Positions 1-8,547 of a stretch of 27,768 nt of DNA are shown here, piece after piece. Where the stretch lies: positions 1 through 27,768 of the forward strand of contig BTUM01000100.1 of assembly GCA_045863235.1 (NCBI GenBank), given 5' to 3'. The notes beneath the pieces are model-generated. The model saw only the letters and a program-made list of their open reading frames with translations. It was not told the DNA's origin and ran no database searches. Made by a program: the position numbers and the translations under genes. Each line of letters opens with the position of its first letter. The stretch's first letter is position 1. The DNA comes from Candidatus Xenobia bacterium (GTDB lineage Bacteria > Vulcanimicrobiota > Xenobia > Xenobiales > QWHO01).

Positions 1-274
1 GAACGGTCGCCAGTGCGACCCCGCGGCGGCAGGTGAGAATGGGCCCCTCCCCGAGTGGTGGCGTTGAATTGAGGTATTCGCTATGCGGGGGGCATTTCCT
101 GTGTTGAATTGAATTCTTCGCCGGAGCCTCCGTGGCAAGAACTTTTGAGATGAGCGTCGGGGAGATTGAAGAGAATGCGACAACTTCGAGCCCCCCCCGC
201 CTTCGTCGCTGAAAATTCCCGAGATCTCACTTCGAGGCGACCCGAAGTCAAGACTGGTCGGTCGCGTGCTGCCC

Positions 275-305
275 TGGTATAATGAAAGCCAGACCCGGGA
301 GGTGA
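275..305 (+). promoter_or_regulatory. Extended -10 sigma70-type promoter element and Shine-Dalgarno of the 310 gene
   Basis: TG-g-TATAAT at 275-283; GGAGGTGA at 298-305, with GGAGG 7 nt before TTG 310. Confidence 0.7.
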
Positions 306-309
306 TCTC

Positions 310-1776
310 TTGCGCTACTCCGAGAACCCAGCTCGAGCCTTGCTGGAGATGCGCGAACGGCGTATCCTTCGCAGCTGGCCGAGGCTGGCTGGCCTGCACC
401 TGGTGGCGGTCACCCCCGCCTGGGCCCTGACGCTGGCCCTCATCCCCCTCATGGAGCATCCGTCGCTGGCCTATTATCTGGGGCTCGGCTTGATGGGGAG
501 CCTGATCTGGGCGAGCCTGTGGCTCGCCTTTCACCAACCTGCTCTGACCTTGTTGCGGCAGATCAACGAAGAGCTGGGCTCGGGACAGTTACAGCCCTCC
601 GTCGTGTGCGACGCTCTGGCCCGGCACTCCCTGCGCCGCAGCTTGCAGGCCAGCACCTTCCTGCTCGTTCCCCTGGCGCTCGGTCTGGGGAGCGTTCCAG
701 CCAGCCATCGCACGGACTGCCTGGCGATCTGGCTCAAGACCATCCTGGTCTTGCTGGTGGCCGTGCCCCTGGTATCCTACTCGGCTCAATGCGCCCAGGT
801 GTGGACCTTCGGCCGCCGACGCCAGCTTGCCAGCCTGGCGCTGCTGGCGGTGTTGCTGCCCATGCTGGCGGGGATGTCCCTGTTGGCTCAGTACGACATT
901 CCGGCCAGCAGTCTGGCGGTGCTGGCCATCCTGCTGACCGGGGCATATTTGATGCGTCAGCTGGCCTTGCTGGGTTTGAGCCGGGGGGCCGACCTCAGTC
1001 TCCGCCTGCACGCATGGTGGCACGATCTGGTACGCTGCAACCGGAGTGGCGCCAGCGGTTGGCGCCGGCTCACCTCCAATCCGGTCGCCCTGCGAGAGTT
1101 CGACCGCGAGGCCGGGAGGGTTCCGGGCGGGCCGTTGAGCCAGCTCATCTGGGTCTATGGCCCTTTCGTGATGCTTCAGGCTCTGTTGTTGCTGACCTGG
1201 CGAGCGGATGATCCCGACCAGGCCAGCGCACTCTATCTCCTCTTGCTGGTTCTGGTGGCCACCATCACCGGCCTGCGGGCGGCGACTCGCTGCCATCAGA
1301 CCTTGAGCGAGGACCTGCAGCCTGCCTCGCTGGCCGTCCTGCGCCAGACCTCACTCAGCTCGGCTCAGTTGCTGGACGGCGCCGTCCTGGCGGCCGCCCT
1401 GCCGCGCACCGCCGAGGCGCTCCTCTTGACTCTGGGGACCATTCCCGTGGCTCTGGCGCTGCAAGTCAGCCCGCTCCTGGTCGTGCCCCTGGCGGGCTTT
1501 GTCATTCTGGTGCCCGTCTGCCTGGCCTATGCTGCGGCCGGGGCCGCGCTGGAAGGGCGCTTTGGTCAACTGGCCATTCTGGCCAGCCTGGTCAACTGGG
1601 CCTCGCTGGTGGCTGTCTACTCGGCAGCCGTCATGGCCATGCGCAGCCTGGCCATGGCGGGCGAGTCGGTCCACCTGGCTCTGGATCTTGGCTGTCTGGT
1701 CTTCTGGCTGGTCGTGGTTTCGGTTCCGTTCGTGCTGGACACCCGCTGGCGGGCCCTGCGTCGCCTCCAGCCCTGA
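310..1776 (+). CDS. Polytopic membrane protein, ABC-2 permease-like, two related halves
   Basis: 488-aa ORF with strong SD and many hydrophobic helices; each half begins with a similar motif (SENPARALLEMRER / TSNPVALREFDRE). Confidence 0.7.
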   Translation: MRYSENPARALLEMRERRILRSWPRLAGLHLVAVTPAWALTLALIPLMEHPSLAYYLGLGLMGSLIWASLWLAFHQPALTLLRQINEELGSGQLQPSVVCDALARHSLRRSLQASTFLLVPLALGLGSVPASHRTDCLAIWLKTILVLLVAVPLVSYSAQCAQVWTFGRRRQLASLALLAVLLPMLAGMSLLAQYDIPASSLAVLAILLTGAYLMRQLALLGLSRGADLSLRLHAWWHDLVRCNRSGASGWRRLTSNPVALREFDREAGRVPGGPLSQLIWVYGPFVMLQALLLLTWRADDPDQASALYLLLLVLVATITGLRAATRCHQTLSEDLQPASLAVLRQTSLSSAQLLDGAVLAAALPRTAEALLLTLGTIPVALALQVSPLLVVPLAGFVILVPVCLAYAAAGAALEGRFGQLAILASLVNWASLVAVYSAAVMAMRSLAMAGESVHLALDLGCLVFWLVVVSVPFVLDTRWRALRRLQP

Positions 1777-1814
1777 AGGCAGGTCTGGAGAAGCAGGGCG
1801 GATAAACCTTCGGG

Positions 1815-2402
1815 GTGATCCTGAGACTGTTGCTCGCCTTGAGCCTGCTGATCGTGCCCGCTCTGGGCGACGAGCGGCCACGCGTCCAGCTCTTTTATAT
1901 CGAGCCTGAGCTGGAGATCCGGCTGTCGGTCGCGCTGCAACGCGGGGGCCTGCCCCTTCCTCTCCTGCGGGTCGGGGTTGCGCGCGTGCAGAATCGTGCC
2001 TACGCCCAGCTCCACTTTCAGGCTCTGAACGCTCCCCGCGAGGTGGTCCAGCGTCAGGCTGCCACCCTCTGCCGACGGGCTTTCGCTCACGATCCCGAGT
2101 TGGTGCAGATCGACCTGGTGGGAGTCGATCGCCTCGAGTTCAAGAAGCCTTTCGGTCGACCGGGCGTGCTGTTCTCGGCGGCGGTCCGCCGGGACCGGTT
2201 TCAGGCCCTGCCCCGCACCTGGTCGCCGGGGCAGCTGGTCAACTCGGTGGGTGCGGTCTATTACAGTCCCGATTGCTCGGTTGGAATCGGGCCGCGGGAA
2301 AGGCTCGAGAATGCGGTCTATCTCGCCTGGCAGCGCAGCCGCCCTCGACCCACCCCGGGCAGGAAAGCCTCCTCGGGCCCCAGAAAAACAGCACCGAGAT
2401 GA
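1815..2402 (+). CDS. Hypothetical exported protein
   Basis: 195 aa; signal-peptide-like N-terminus MILRLLLALSLLIVPALG; stop overlaps next start (ATGA). Confidence 0.7.
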   Translation: MILRLLLALSLLIVPALGDERPRVQLFYIEPELEIRLSVALQRGGLPLPLLRVGVARVQNRAYAQLHFQALNAPREVVQRQAATLCRRAFAHDPELVQIDLVGVDRLEFKKPFGRPGVLFSAAVRRDRFQALPRTWSPGQLVNSVGAVYYSPDCSVGIGPRERLENAVYLAWQRSRPRPTPGRKASSGPRKTAPR

Positions 2403-2584
2403 GCTTTTGTGGCACCTGCGCGCGCTGTGAAGGGCGCCTCTTGCGCGAGAGAATGTATGACTTGCCGCGCAAGATTCAGGAATACTTTTGTCTCAATTGC
2501 GGCGAACGCTTCTGGCTCCAGATCGAGCCCCCTGCCCGGCCCGCCGAGGCTGCCAGCGAGGCAGCCACTGTTTCCTTGAACTGA
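2399..2584 (+). CDS. Small zinc-ribbon protein (61 aa)
   Basis: ATG 2399 overlaps upstream TGA; MSFCGTCARC...YFCLNCGERFW, paired CxxC motifs. Confidence 0.7.
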   Translation: MSFCGTCARCEGRLLRERMYDLPRKIQEYFCLNCGERFWLQIEPPARPAEAASEAATVSLN

Positions 2585-2610
2585 GGGCCCCACCAGGAAC
2601 TGGCCTGCCG

Positions 2611-2639
2611 TTGCGTAAGCACCTCCTGTCGGTTATACT
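2611..2639 (+). promoter_or_regulatory. Sigma70-type promoter for pdxST
   Basis: TTGCGT (2611-2616) - 17 nt - TATACT (2634-2639). Confidence 0.7.
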
Positions 2640-2645
2640 CGCCCA

Positions 2646-2724
2646 GATTCAGCGACGACAGGAGCGGTCGGTCTGATTTCAGCGACGACAGGAGCGGTCG
2701 GCCTGATTCAGTGGCGACAGGAGC
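2646..2724 (+). repeat. About 30-bp tandem repeat (2.7 copies) in the pdxS leader
   Basis: gattcagcgacgacaggagcggtcggtct (2646-2674), gatttcagcgacgacaggagcggtcggcct (2675-2704), gattcagtggcgacaggagc (2705-2724). Confidence 0.9.
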
Positions 2725-2752
2725 CATTTCGTGCAGTAAGGATAGAGAAGCG

Positions 2753-3637
2753 ATGTCACAACAAGGAACCTTTCAAGTCAAGACCGGTCTGGCCCAGATG
2801 CTGAAGGGCGGCGTGATCATGGACGTCACCACCCCCGAGCAGGCGGTCATCGCCCAGGAAGCGGGCGCCGTGGCCGTGATGGCCCTCGAGCGCGTGCCGG
2901 CAGACATTCGCGCGGAGGGCGGCGTGGCCCGCATGGCTGACCCTGTGATCGTGCAGCAGATCATGGACGCGGTCACCATTCCCGTGATGGCCAAAGCGCG
3001 CATCGGCCACTTCGTGGAGGCCGAGATCCTCCAGTCGCTGGGCGTGGACTACATCGACGAGTCCGAGGTGCTCACCCCGGCTGACGAGGAGAACCACATC
3101 AACAAGCATTCGTTCACCGTGCCCTTCGTGTGCGGCGCCCGCGACCTGGGCGAGGCCCTGCGTCGCATCGCCGAGGGCGCTGCCATGATCCGCTCCAAGG
3201 GCGAAGCGGGCACCGGCAACGTGGTGGAGGCCGTGCGCCACACCCGCGCGGTGATGGCCCAGATCCGTCAGGTAGCCTCGATGCGCGAGGACGAGCTGTT
3301 CGCCTTTGCCAAGGAGCTGCGCGCTCCCCTCGAGCTGGTGCAGCAGGTGCGCGAGCTGGGCCGCCTGCCGGTGGTCAACTTCGCCGCCGGGGGCATCGCC
3401 ACGCCGGCCGACGCGGCTTTGATGCTGCGGCTCGGGTGCGATGGCATCTTCGTGGGCTCGGGCATCTTCAAGTCGGATGACCCGGCGCGTCGCGCCAAGG
3501 CCATCGTGGATGCCGCCGCCCACTATCAGGACGCGGGCAAGCTGGCCGAGGTCTCGCGCGGGATCGGCCAGGCCATGAAGGGCCTGGAGATCTCCAAGAT
3601 TCCCCAGCAAGAGCTTTTGCAGGTGCGCGGTTGGTAA
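2753..3637 (+). CDS. pdxS: Pyridoxal 5'-phosphate synthase, lyase subunit
   Basis: [54 protein letters not shown] motifs; start placed at ATG 2753. Confidence 0.97.
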   Translation: MSQQGTFQVKTGLAQMLKGGVIMDVTTPEQAVIAQEAGAVAVMALERVPADIRAEGGVARMADPVIVQQIMDAVTIPVMAKARIGHFVEAEILQSLGVDYIDESEVLTPADEENHINKHSFTVPFVCGARDLGEALRRIAEGAAMIRSKGEAGTGNVVEAVRHTRAVMAQIRQVASMREDELFAFAKELRAPLELVQQVRELGRLPVVNFAAGGIATPADAALMLRLGCDGIFVGSGIFKSDDPARRAKAIVDAAAHYQDAGKLAEVSRGIGQAMKGLEISKIPQQELLQVRGW

Positions 3638-4233
3638 CCATCGGCGTACTGGCACTGCAGGGCGCGGTGGAGGAGCACCTGGCCGCCCTCGACCAGGTGG
3701 GCTGCCGGCCTCGCGAGGTGCGTCGCAGCGCCGACCTGGTGGGACTTGACGGGCTGGTCTTGCCAGGGGGGGAGTCCACCACCATCGGCAAGCTGCTCGA
3801 CCGCTACGAGCTGCTCGAGCCGATTCGCCAGCGGGCGACCGCGGGGATGGGCGTCTGGGGCACCTGCGCCGGGATGATCCTGCTCTCTCGCGAGGTGCGC
3901 AATGCTCTGCCCGGGCAGCCCGTGCTCGGCTTGATGGACACCGTGGTCGAGCGCAACGCCTACGGGCGGCAGGTGGACTCTTTCAGCACCGAGCTCTCGG
4001 TGGCGTGCCTCGGGCCCGAGCCGGTTCCGGCGGTCTTCATTCGGGCTCCGCGTATCGCCGAGTGTGGCCGTGAGGTGGAGGTGCTCGCTCGCTTTCAGGG
4101 GGAGGTGGTGGCCGCGCGCCAGGGCCATCTGCTGGCCACCAGCTTTCATCCCGAATTGACCGGCGATCGTCGCTGGCACGCCTATTTTGCCCAGCTCTGC
4201 GGCCGGTCGGTCGCGCTCGCAAAGTGTAGCTGA
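3631..4233 (+). CDS. pdxT: Pyridoxal 5'-phosphate synthase, glutaminase subunit
   Basis: [21 protein letters not shown] (catalytic Cys), [20 protein letters not shown]; overlaps pdxS stop. Confidence 0.96.
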   Translation: MVTIGVLALQGAVEEHLAALDQVGCRPREVRRSADLVGLDGLVLPGGESTTIGKLLDRYELLEPIRQRATAGMGVWGTCAGMILLSREVRNALPGQPVLGLMDTVVERNAYGRQVDSFSTELSVACLGPEPVPAVFIRAPRIAECGREVEVLARFQGEVVAARQGHLLATSFHPELTGDRRWHAYFAQLCGRSVALAKCS

Positions 4234-4234
4234 C

Positions 4235-4975
4235 TTGCCCCTGATCACCCTGCTGAGCGATTTCGGTCACAAGGACCCCTATGTGGGCATCATGAAAGGC
4301 GTGATTCTGGGCCTCTGCCCGGAGGCGCGCCTGGTGGATCTGACCCACGAGGTGGCTCCCCAGGACGTGGCCGAGGGCGCTTTCCAGCTGGCTGCCTCGT
4401 GCCGCTGGTTTCCCGAGCACACAGTGCACCTGGCGGTGGTCGACCCGGGAGTGGGCGGCTCGCGTCGGCCCCTGGTTGCGCGCGGACGGCGCTTCAGCTA
4501 TGTGGGGCCGGACAACGGCCTGCTGTCGCTGGCCTGGGAGCAGGATGAGCCTGTGGCCGTCCACCAGATCGAGAACTTTACCCTGCAGACCCCCAGTCGC
4601 ACCTTTCACGGCCGCGACGTGTTCGCCCCGGTGGCGGCCGCCCTGGCCCGGGGCGTGGGGCTGGCCGAGATCGGCCCGCCCGTCACCAACTCGGTGCGAC
4701 TGGTGCAGGAAACCGAGCCCCAGATCCTCCACATCGACGGCTTCGGCAACCTGGTGACCAGCGTCCGCCGCGAGCCGGGCCGGGAGCTCGAGTCGGTGGC
4801 CGTGGGCTGGCGTACCGCGCCCGTGAAGGAAACCTTCAGCCAGGTGGGGCCAGGCGAGCTGGTGGCCTACTGGGGATCGTTGGGGTTTCTGGAGATCGCC
4901 ATGAACGGTGGCAACGCGGCCGAGGACATGGGGGTCGAGCGCGGCACCCAGGTGCGGCTGAACGACAGGAAATAG
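4235..4975 (+). CDS. SAM hydrolase / SAM-dependent halogenase family protein (DUF62)
   Basis: ITLLSDFG..DPYV, VVDPGVG, GPDNG, TFHGRDVF, HIDGFGN motifs; TTG 4235 directly follows the pdxT stop. Confidence 0.92.
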   Translation: MPLITLLSDFGHKDPYVGIMKGVILGLCPEARLVDLTHEVAPQDVAEGAFQLAASCRWFPEHTVHLAVVDPGVGGSRRPLVARGRRFSYVGPDNGLLSLAWEQDEPVAVHQIENFTLQTPSRTFHGRDVFAPVAAALARGVGLAEIGPPVTNSVRLVQETEPQILHIDGFGNLVTSVRREPGRELESVAVGWRTAPVKETFSQVGPGELVAYWGSLGFLEIAMNGGNAAEDMGVERGTQVRLNDRK

Positions 4976-4999
4976 GGCGACGGCGCCAAATGGCGCCCG

Positions 5000-5167
5000 A
5001 TGCGCTCGCGAGAAGAGATCCTCAGGCAGTTCCCGGAACGTGATCTGGAGGGCGTTTGGGAAGTAAGCCCCGACGCCGACAGCCGTTGGCGGGCTGCCGT
5101 TCTGGAAGTGCTGCTCGACATCCGTGATATGCTGGCGGGTCAGATCCAGGCCCGCTCCAGGGAGTAA
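5000..5167 (+). CDS. Small hypothetical protein (55 aa), not in the ORF track
   Basis: MRSREEILRQFPERDLEGVWEVSPDADSRWRAAVLEVLLDIRDMLAGQIQARSRE; fills the gap between co-oriented genes; its 3' end carries the GGAG SD of the next gene. Confidence 0.6.
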   Translation: MRSREEILRQFPERDLEGVWEVSPDADSRWRAAVLEVLLDIRDMLAGQIQARSRE

Positions 5168-5169
5168 CC

Positions 5170-6714
5170 ATGCTGACCCATCCATCGGCTCGAGAGCGGG
5201 CTTACACTCGCAATCAGCAGGCCACGCCGTATTTTGATGCCCTGGAGGAGTACGTGAATACGGGCGTTTTGACCTTTCACGTGCCCGGCCACCAGCAGGG
5301 CAAGGGCTCGCCCGAGCGCTTTCGGCGCTTCATCGCCGAGAACGGCCTCAAGGCTGACATCACTCAGGTGCTGGGCATGGACGACATCCATCGCCCCATC
5401 TCGGTCTGCAAGGAAGCCCAGGAGCTGGCCGCTGATGCCTACGGAGTGGACCACAGCTACTTCCTGGTGAACGGCTCCTCCTCGGGCAACCACATCATGA
5501 TCCTGGCGGGCCTTCGTCCTGAGGACGTGGTGCTGGTGCCCCGCAACGCCCACCGGTCCACGGTGGGAGCCCTGATCCTTTCGGGCGCCCGTCCGGTGTT
5601 CTATCTGCCCGAGTATGACCGCGAGATGGTGGTCGACCACGCTCCCACGGTGGAAACCGTGCGCAAGGTGCTCGACGAGAACCCCGAGGCCAAAGCCCTC
5701 TGCTTCACCAGTCCCACTTATTACGGGGCGGCCGCCGACGTGGAGGCGCTGGTCAAGCTGGGCCACGAGCGCGGGGTGATCGTCATGGCCGACGAAGCCT
5801 GGGGAGCGCACCTGCACTTTCATCCTGACCTGCCCATGTCGGCTGTCGAGGCCGGGGCCGACCTGGTGATTCAGAGCACCCACAAGCTCTTGAGCAGCAT
5901 GTCGCAGGCTTCCATGCTGCACCTGACCGGCACGCGGGTCGATCAGGGGCGCCTCGAGTCGGTGCTGAAGCTGTTCTTGTCCACCAGCCCCTCGTGTTTG
6001 TTCCTGGCCTCGCTCGACGTGGCTCGCCACCAGATGGTGACCGAGGGCCGCGAGTTGCTCGAGCGCACCATCCGCATCGCCAACAAAGCCCGCCGGGCCA
6101 TCAACGAGATTCCCGGCCTGCACTGCTACGGCGAAGAGCTCCTGGGCCGGCCCGGGGTGCATGCCTGGGATCCCACCAAGCTGGTCATCACCGCCCGCGA
6201 GCTGGGCTTCACCGGCTACGAGCTGGAGCGCTACATTCGCTACGAGCACGGCCTGCAACTGGAGATGTCGGACCTGTTCAACACGGTGGCCATGGTGACC
6301 ATCGGGCACCGCGAAGAAGACGTGGATCGGCTCGTCGAGGCCCTGCGCGGCCTGGCCGTCTATCCGCGCGAGTTCGACCTCAACGAGCGTATCCGCATGT
6401 TCGAGCAAAAACGCGGCAAGCCGTTCGAGCTGCCCGACTTCCCGCCCCAGGCCATGACCTTGCGTCAGGCCTTCGACGCGCCCTACGAGACGGTGGCTCT
6501 GGAGGCCTCGGCTGGCTGCACCTGCGCCGAAATCATCACGCCCTATCCGCCCGGCATCCCGGTGCTCTGCCCGGGGGAGATCATCACTCCCGAGACGGTG
6601 GACTACCTGAAGATGGAGCTGGCGGCGGGGGCCAACATCCAGGGGCAGTTCGATCCGACCATGAAGACGATCCGCGTGGTCTCGGGACAGGGGCCGATCC
6701 TGCGGCGGCTCTGA
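5170..6714 (+). CDS. PLP-dependent Orn/Lys/Arg decarboxylase (fold type I, SpeA/YaaO-like)
   Basis: FHVPGH, LVNGSSSG, RNAHRS, DEAWGAH, QSTHK (PLP lysine), STSPS, PYPPGIP motifs; GGAG SD at 5161-5164. Confidence 0.93.
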   Translation: MLTHPSARERAYTRNQQATPYFDALEEYVNTGVLTFHVPGHQQGKGSPERFRRFIAENGLKADITQVLGMDDIHRPISVCKEAQELAADAYGVDHSYFLVNGSSSGNHIMILAGLRPEDVVLVPRNAHRSTVGALILSGARPVFYLPEYDREMVVDHAPTVETVRKVLDENPEAKALCFTSPTYYGAAADVEALVKLGHERGVIVMADEAWGAHLHFHPDLPMSAVEAGADLVIQSTHKLLSSMSQASMLHLTGTRVDQGRLESVLKLFLSTSPSCLFLASLDVARHQMVTEGRELLERTIRIANKARRAINEIPGLHCYGEELLGRPGVHAWDPTKLVITARELGFTGYELERYIRYEHGLQLEMSDLFNTVAMVTIGHREEDVDRLVEALRGLAVYPREFDLNERIRMFEQKRGKPFELPDFPPQAMTLRQAFDAPYETVALEASAGCTCAEIITPYPPGIPVLCPGEIITPETVDYLKMELAAGANIQGQFDPTMKTIRVVSGQGPILRRL

Positions 6715-6719
6715 TCAAA

Positions 6720-6758
6720 GTTCATCCAGACGTTCAGGCTGCGGTGGGGTCGAGGCAC
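6720..6758 (-). pseudogene. hipA: Probable 5' remnant of a HipA-family toxin
   Basis: GTG immediately after the hipB-like stop, with GGAG SD; reads MPRPHRSLNVWMN (cf. HipA N-terminal LxxWMN), then runs antisense into the decarboxylase and stops after about 50 codons. Confidence 0.55.
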
Positions 6759-6998
6759 CTACCACTCCGAGGGCGCTGGCTCGGTTCGGTCGCGCAGAAC
6801 GAGCTCAAGACCCAGGCCGGACAGGAGGCGAAAGAGCCTCTCGGCCGTCATTCTTCCAGGATTGCTCTCGGCCCGCGCGATGGCACTCTGGATGAGGCCC
6901 ACCCGGGCGCCGAGCTCTTGCTGGGTCAATCCCCGATGCTTGCGCCGGTCCTGGAGGATGGGTCCAAGCTGGGCGGGGGTAGCGATAAAATACTCCAT
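6759..6998 (-). CDS. hipB: XRE-family HTH protein, HipB-like antitoxin
   Basis: 79 aa: TPAQLGPILQDRRKHRGLTQQELGARVGL..SAIARAESNP...LFRLLSGLGLELVL, ending in W as HipB proteins do; operator array upstream. Confidence 0.8.
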   Translation of the reverse strand: MEYFIATPAQLGPILQDRRKHRGLTQQELGARVGLIQSAIARAESNPGRMTAERLFRLLSGLGLELVLRDRTEPAPSEW

Positions 6999-7002
6999 GC
7001 TT

Positions 7003-7098
7003 TATGCGAATTCCGCATAAAGGTAAAATATCCTCCTTTTGCATAAAAACCATTTTATGCAATAAATGGATAAAAGCGATCTATGCACGAGGTGCATC
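7003..7098. promoter_or_regulatory. Four palindromic operators TAT(G/C)C-N7-G(C/G)AT(A/C)
   Basis: TATGC-gaattcc-GCATA 7003-7019; TATCC-tcctttt-GCATA 7029-7045; TATGC-aataaat-GGATA 7056-7072; TATGC-acgaggt-GCATC 7082-7098; period 26-27 bp, AT-rich. Confidence 0.85.
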
Positions 7099-7111
7099 AG
7101 TGCCTGCGAGC

Positions 7112-8464
7112 TCAGGAGCGCGTGCGAACTTTGAGCCGCGTGCTGCCAATGCGGACGGCTTCGGTGCCCAGCCCCACCGCATGGCCCCGGGCGGCGTCCT
7201 TCAGTCCCAGCTGAAGGTTCTGAAGGGCCCTGACCGGGTCGTCTGGATGGGCCTGCAGGCCATCGACAAAGGAGTCCCAGGCCTGGAAGCGGTCGGGATT
7301 GCTCTGCAACAAGCTCTTCAGCGTCTCGGCCCCTTGCGGCCACAGCTCCTCGGGCAGGCTCAGCTGCACCAGGGCCTTGCTGGCCGCCAGGGCGTAGCTC
7401 GCCTCGGGGCGGCCCAGATCGTAGCGGCTGGCCTCACTCCGGAGGATGGCCGGGGGCAACAGCTCCTCGAACTTGCCCAGGTCGCCGCTGCGCTCGCCCG
7501 GTAAGCCCCGACTGAGCTTCAGGTTTTCGGCGATCAGCTGCAGGCGCTCGGCGTGGGGCAGGCCGCTCATCTGGTTGACGTTCCGGTTGAGCAGGCCCTC
7601 GCGCATGCGGTCGAGCACCTCGGCCAGCTTCGGATCCTCGGGGGGCTTGCCCTCGAGCAGCGGGCGGGCGGCAGTCTGGAAGCGCTGGCTGAGCTCCGGG
7701 CTGGTCAGAAGTCCGAAGAAGCCGGCCAGCGCCACCACCGCCGCCCCTGTTCCCGGCCCGTCCGGGTGGCTCAGCATCTGGCCCAGCAGCTTCTCGGGCG
7801 TATCGCTCTGCACCAGCCACTGCACCTGCTCGCGCTCGAAATGGAGCGGATATTCCCCACTTCCCCGGAAAACCAGCTCAGCTGCTTCGGGGAAGAAGTC
7901 GGCGGGCATGGAGCCGGGCACCCGGCTCTGCACCTCGATCAGGCAGTCCAGCCCCAGCCCCGCCTGCTCATGTCCGGAGCCATAGTCGCGCGTGTTCTGC
8001 ACCGCCGCCAGAGTGTGCCCGGCCAGTTCGCGGGCCTGGGCGGCGGTCGGCTCCCAGCCCTGACGCAAAGCGGTGCGCAGGAACTCCCACCCGCCCTCGA
8101 CATGGCCGCGCCGCATGGTCTGGAGTACCTCGGTTGCGGCCAGGGAGCGATCGGCCGGGAGGGCGGGCAATTCGAGCAGCGCCTCCCCTTCGACGATTCC
8201 GGTGGCCTGGTGGCGCAGGAAGCTCAGTCTCTGGCGGGCCCGCACCGCCAGGCCCGGGTCGTCCGGGCTTGAAGCCAGCTTCTCCAGAGCCTTGAGGTCG
8301 GTCTGGGCCAGAAGATCCACGCGGGCAGGCTGAAGCAGCGGCTGAATGAGCAGCGAGCCCGGCTTCCAGGGCAGGAAGCTATCCTGAGGAAGCCCGGTTT
8401 CGTCAGGCTTGAGAGCCTGCCAGGGGAGGAGCGGGCTGGCGGCAGAGGTGGGACGAATCTCCAC
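7112..8464 (-). CDS. Hypothetical helical protein with distinctive terminal motifs
   Basis: Long ORF (track 7112-8506); start tentatively GTG 8464 (MEIRP...); C-terminus [22 protein letters not shown]. Confidence 0.75.
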   Translation of the reverse strand: MEIRPTSAASPLLPWQALKPDETGLPQDSFLPWKPGSLLIQPLLQPARVDLLAQTDLKALEKLASSPDDPGLAVRARQRLSFLRHQATGIVEGEALLELPALPADRSLAATEVLQTMRRGHVEGGWEFLRTALRQGWEPTAAQARELAGHTLAAVQNTRDYGSGHEQAGLGLDCLIEVQSRVPGSMPADFFPEAAELVFRGSGEYPLHFEREQVQWLVQSDTPEKLLGQMLSHPDGPGTGAAVVALAGFFGLLTSPELSQRFQTAARPLLEGKPPEDPKLAEVLDRMREGLLNRNVNQMSGLPHAERLQLIAENLKLSRGLPGERSGDLGKFEELLPPAILRSEASRYDLGRPEASYALAASKALVQLSLPEELWPQGAETLKSLLQSNPDRFQAWDSFVDGLQAHPDDPVRALQNLQLGLKDAARGHAVGLGTEAVRIGSTRLKVRTRS

Positions 8465-8547
8465 GCTGGTTATGTTCGCCCTCCAGGCCGGAAAGGACCT
8501 GCGCACAGGGCGCGGAACTCATTCCTTCCAGGAACGGAGGAATTCGA

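Noticed and set aside
2646..2724. Repeat array as a mini-CRISPR
   Set aside because: Units are contiguous with no unique spacers, and there are no cas genes in the window
2711..2752. Longer pdxS start at GTG 2711
   Set aside because: Lies inside the repeat unit; family similarity begins after ATG 2753
4235..4975. Calling the DUF62 gene a fluorinase/chlorinase
   Set aside because: Housekeeping context and the TFHGRD motif fit the common SAM hydrolase branch; no halometabolite cluster is present
6805..7062. 85-aa minus ORF and AAGGAGG within the operator array as an alternative hipB start
   Set aside because: Different frame from the HTH protein; an in-frame TAA lies two codons upstream of ATG 6998
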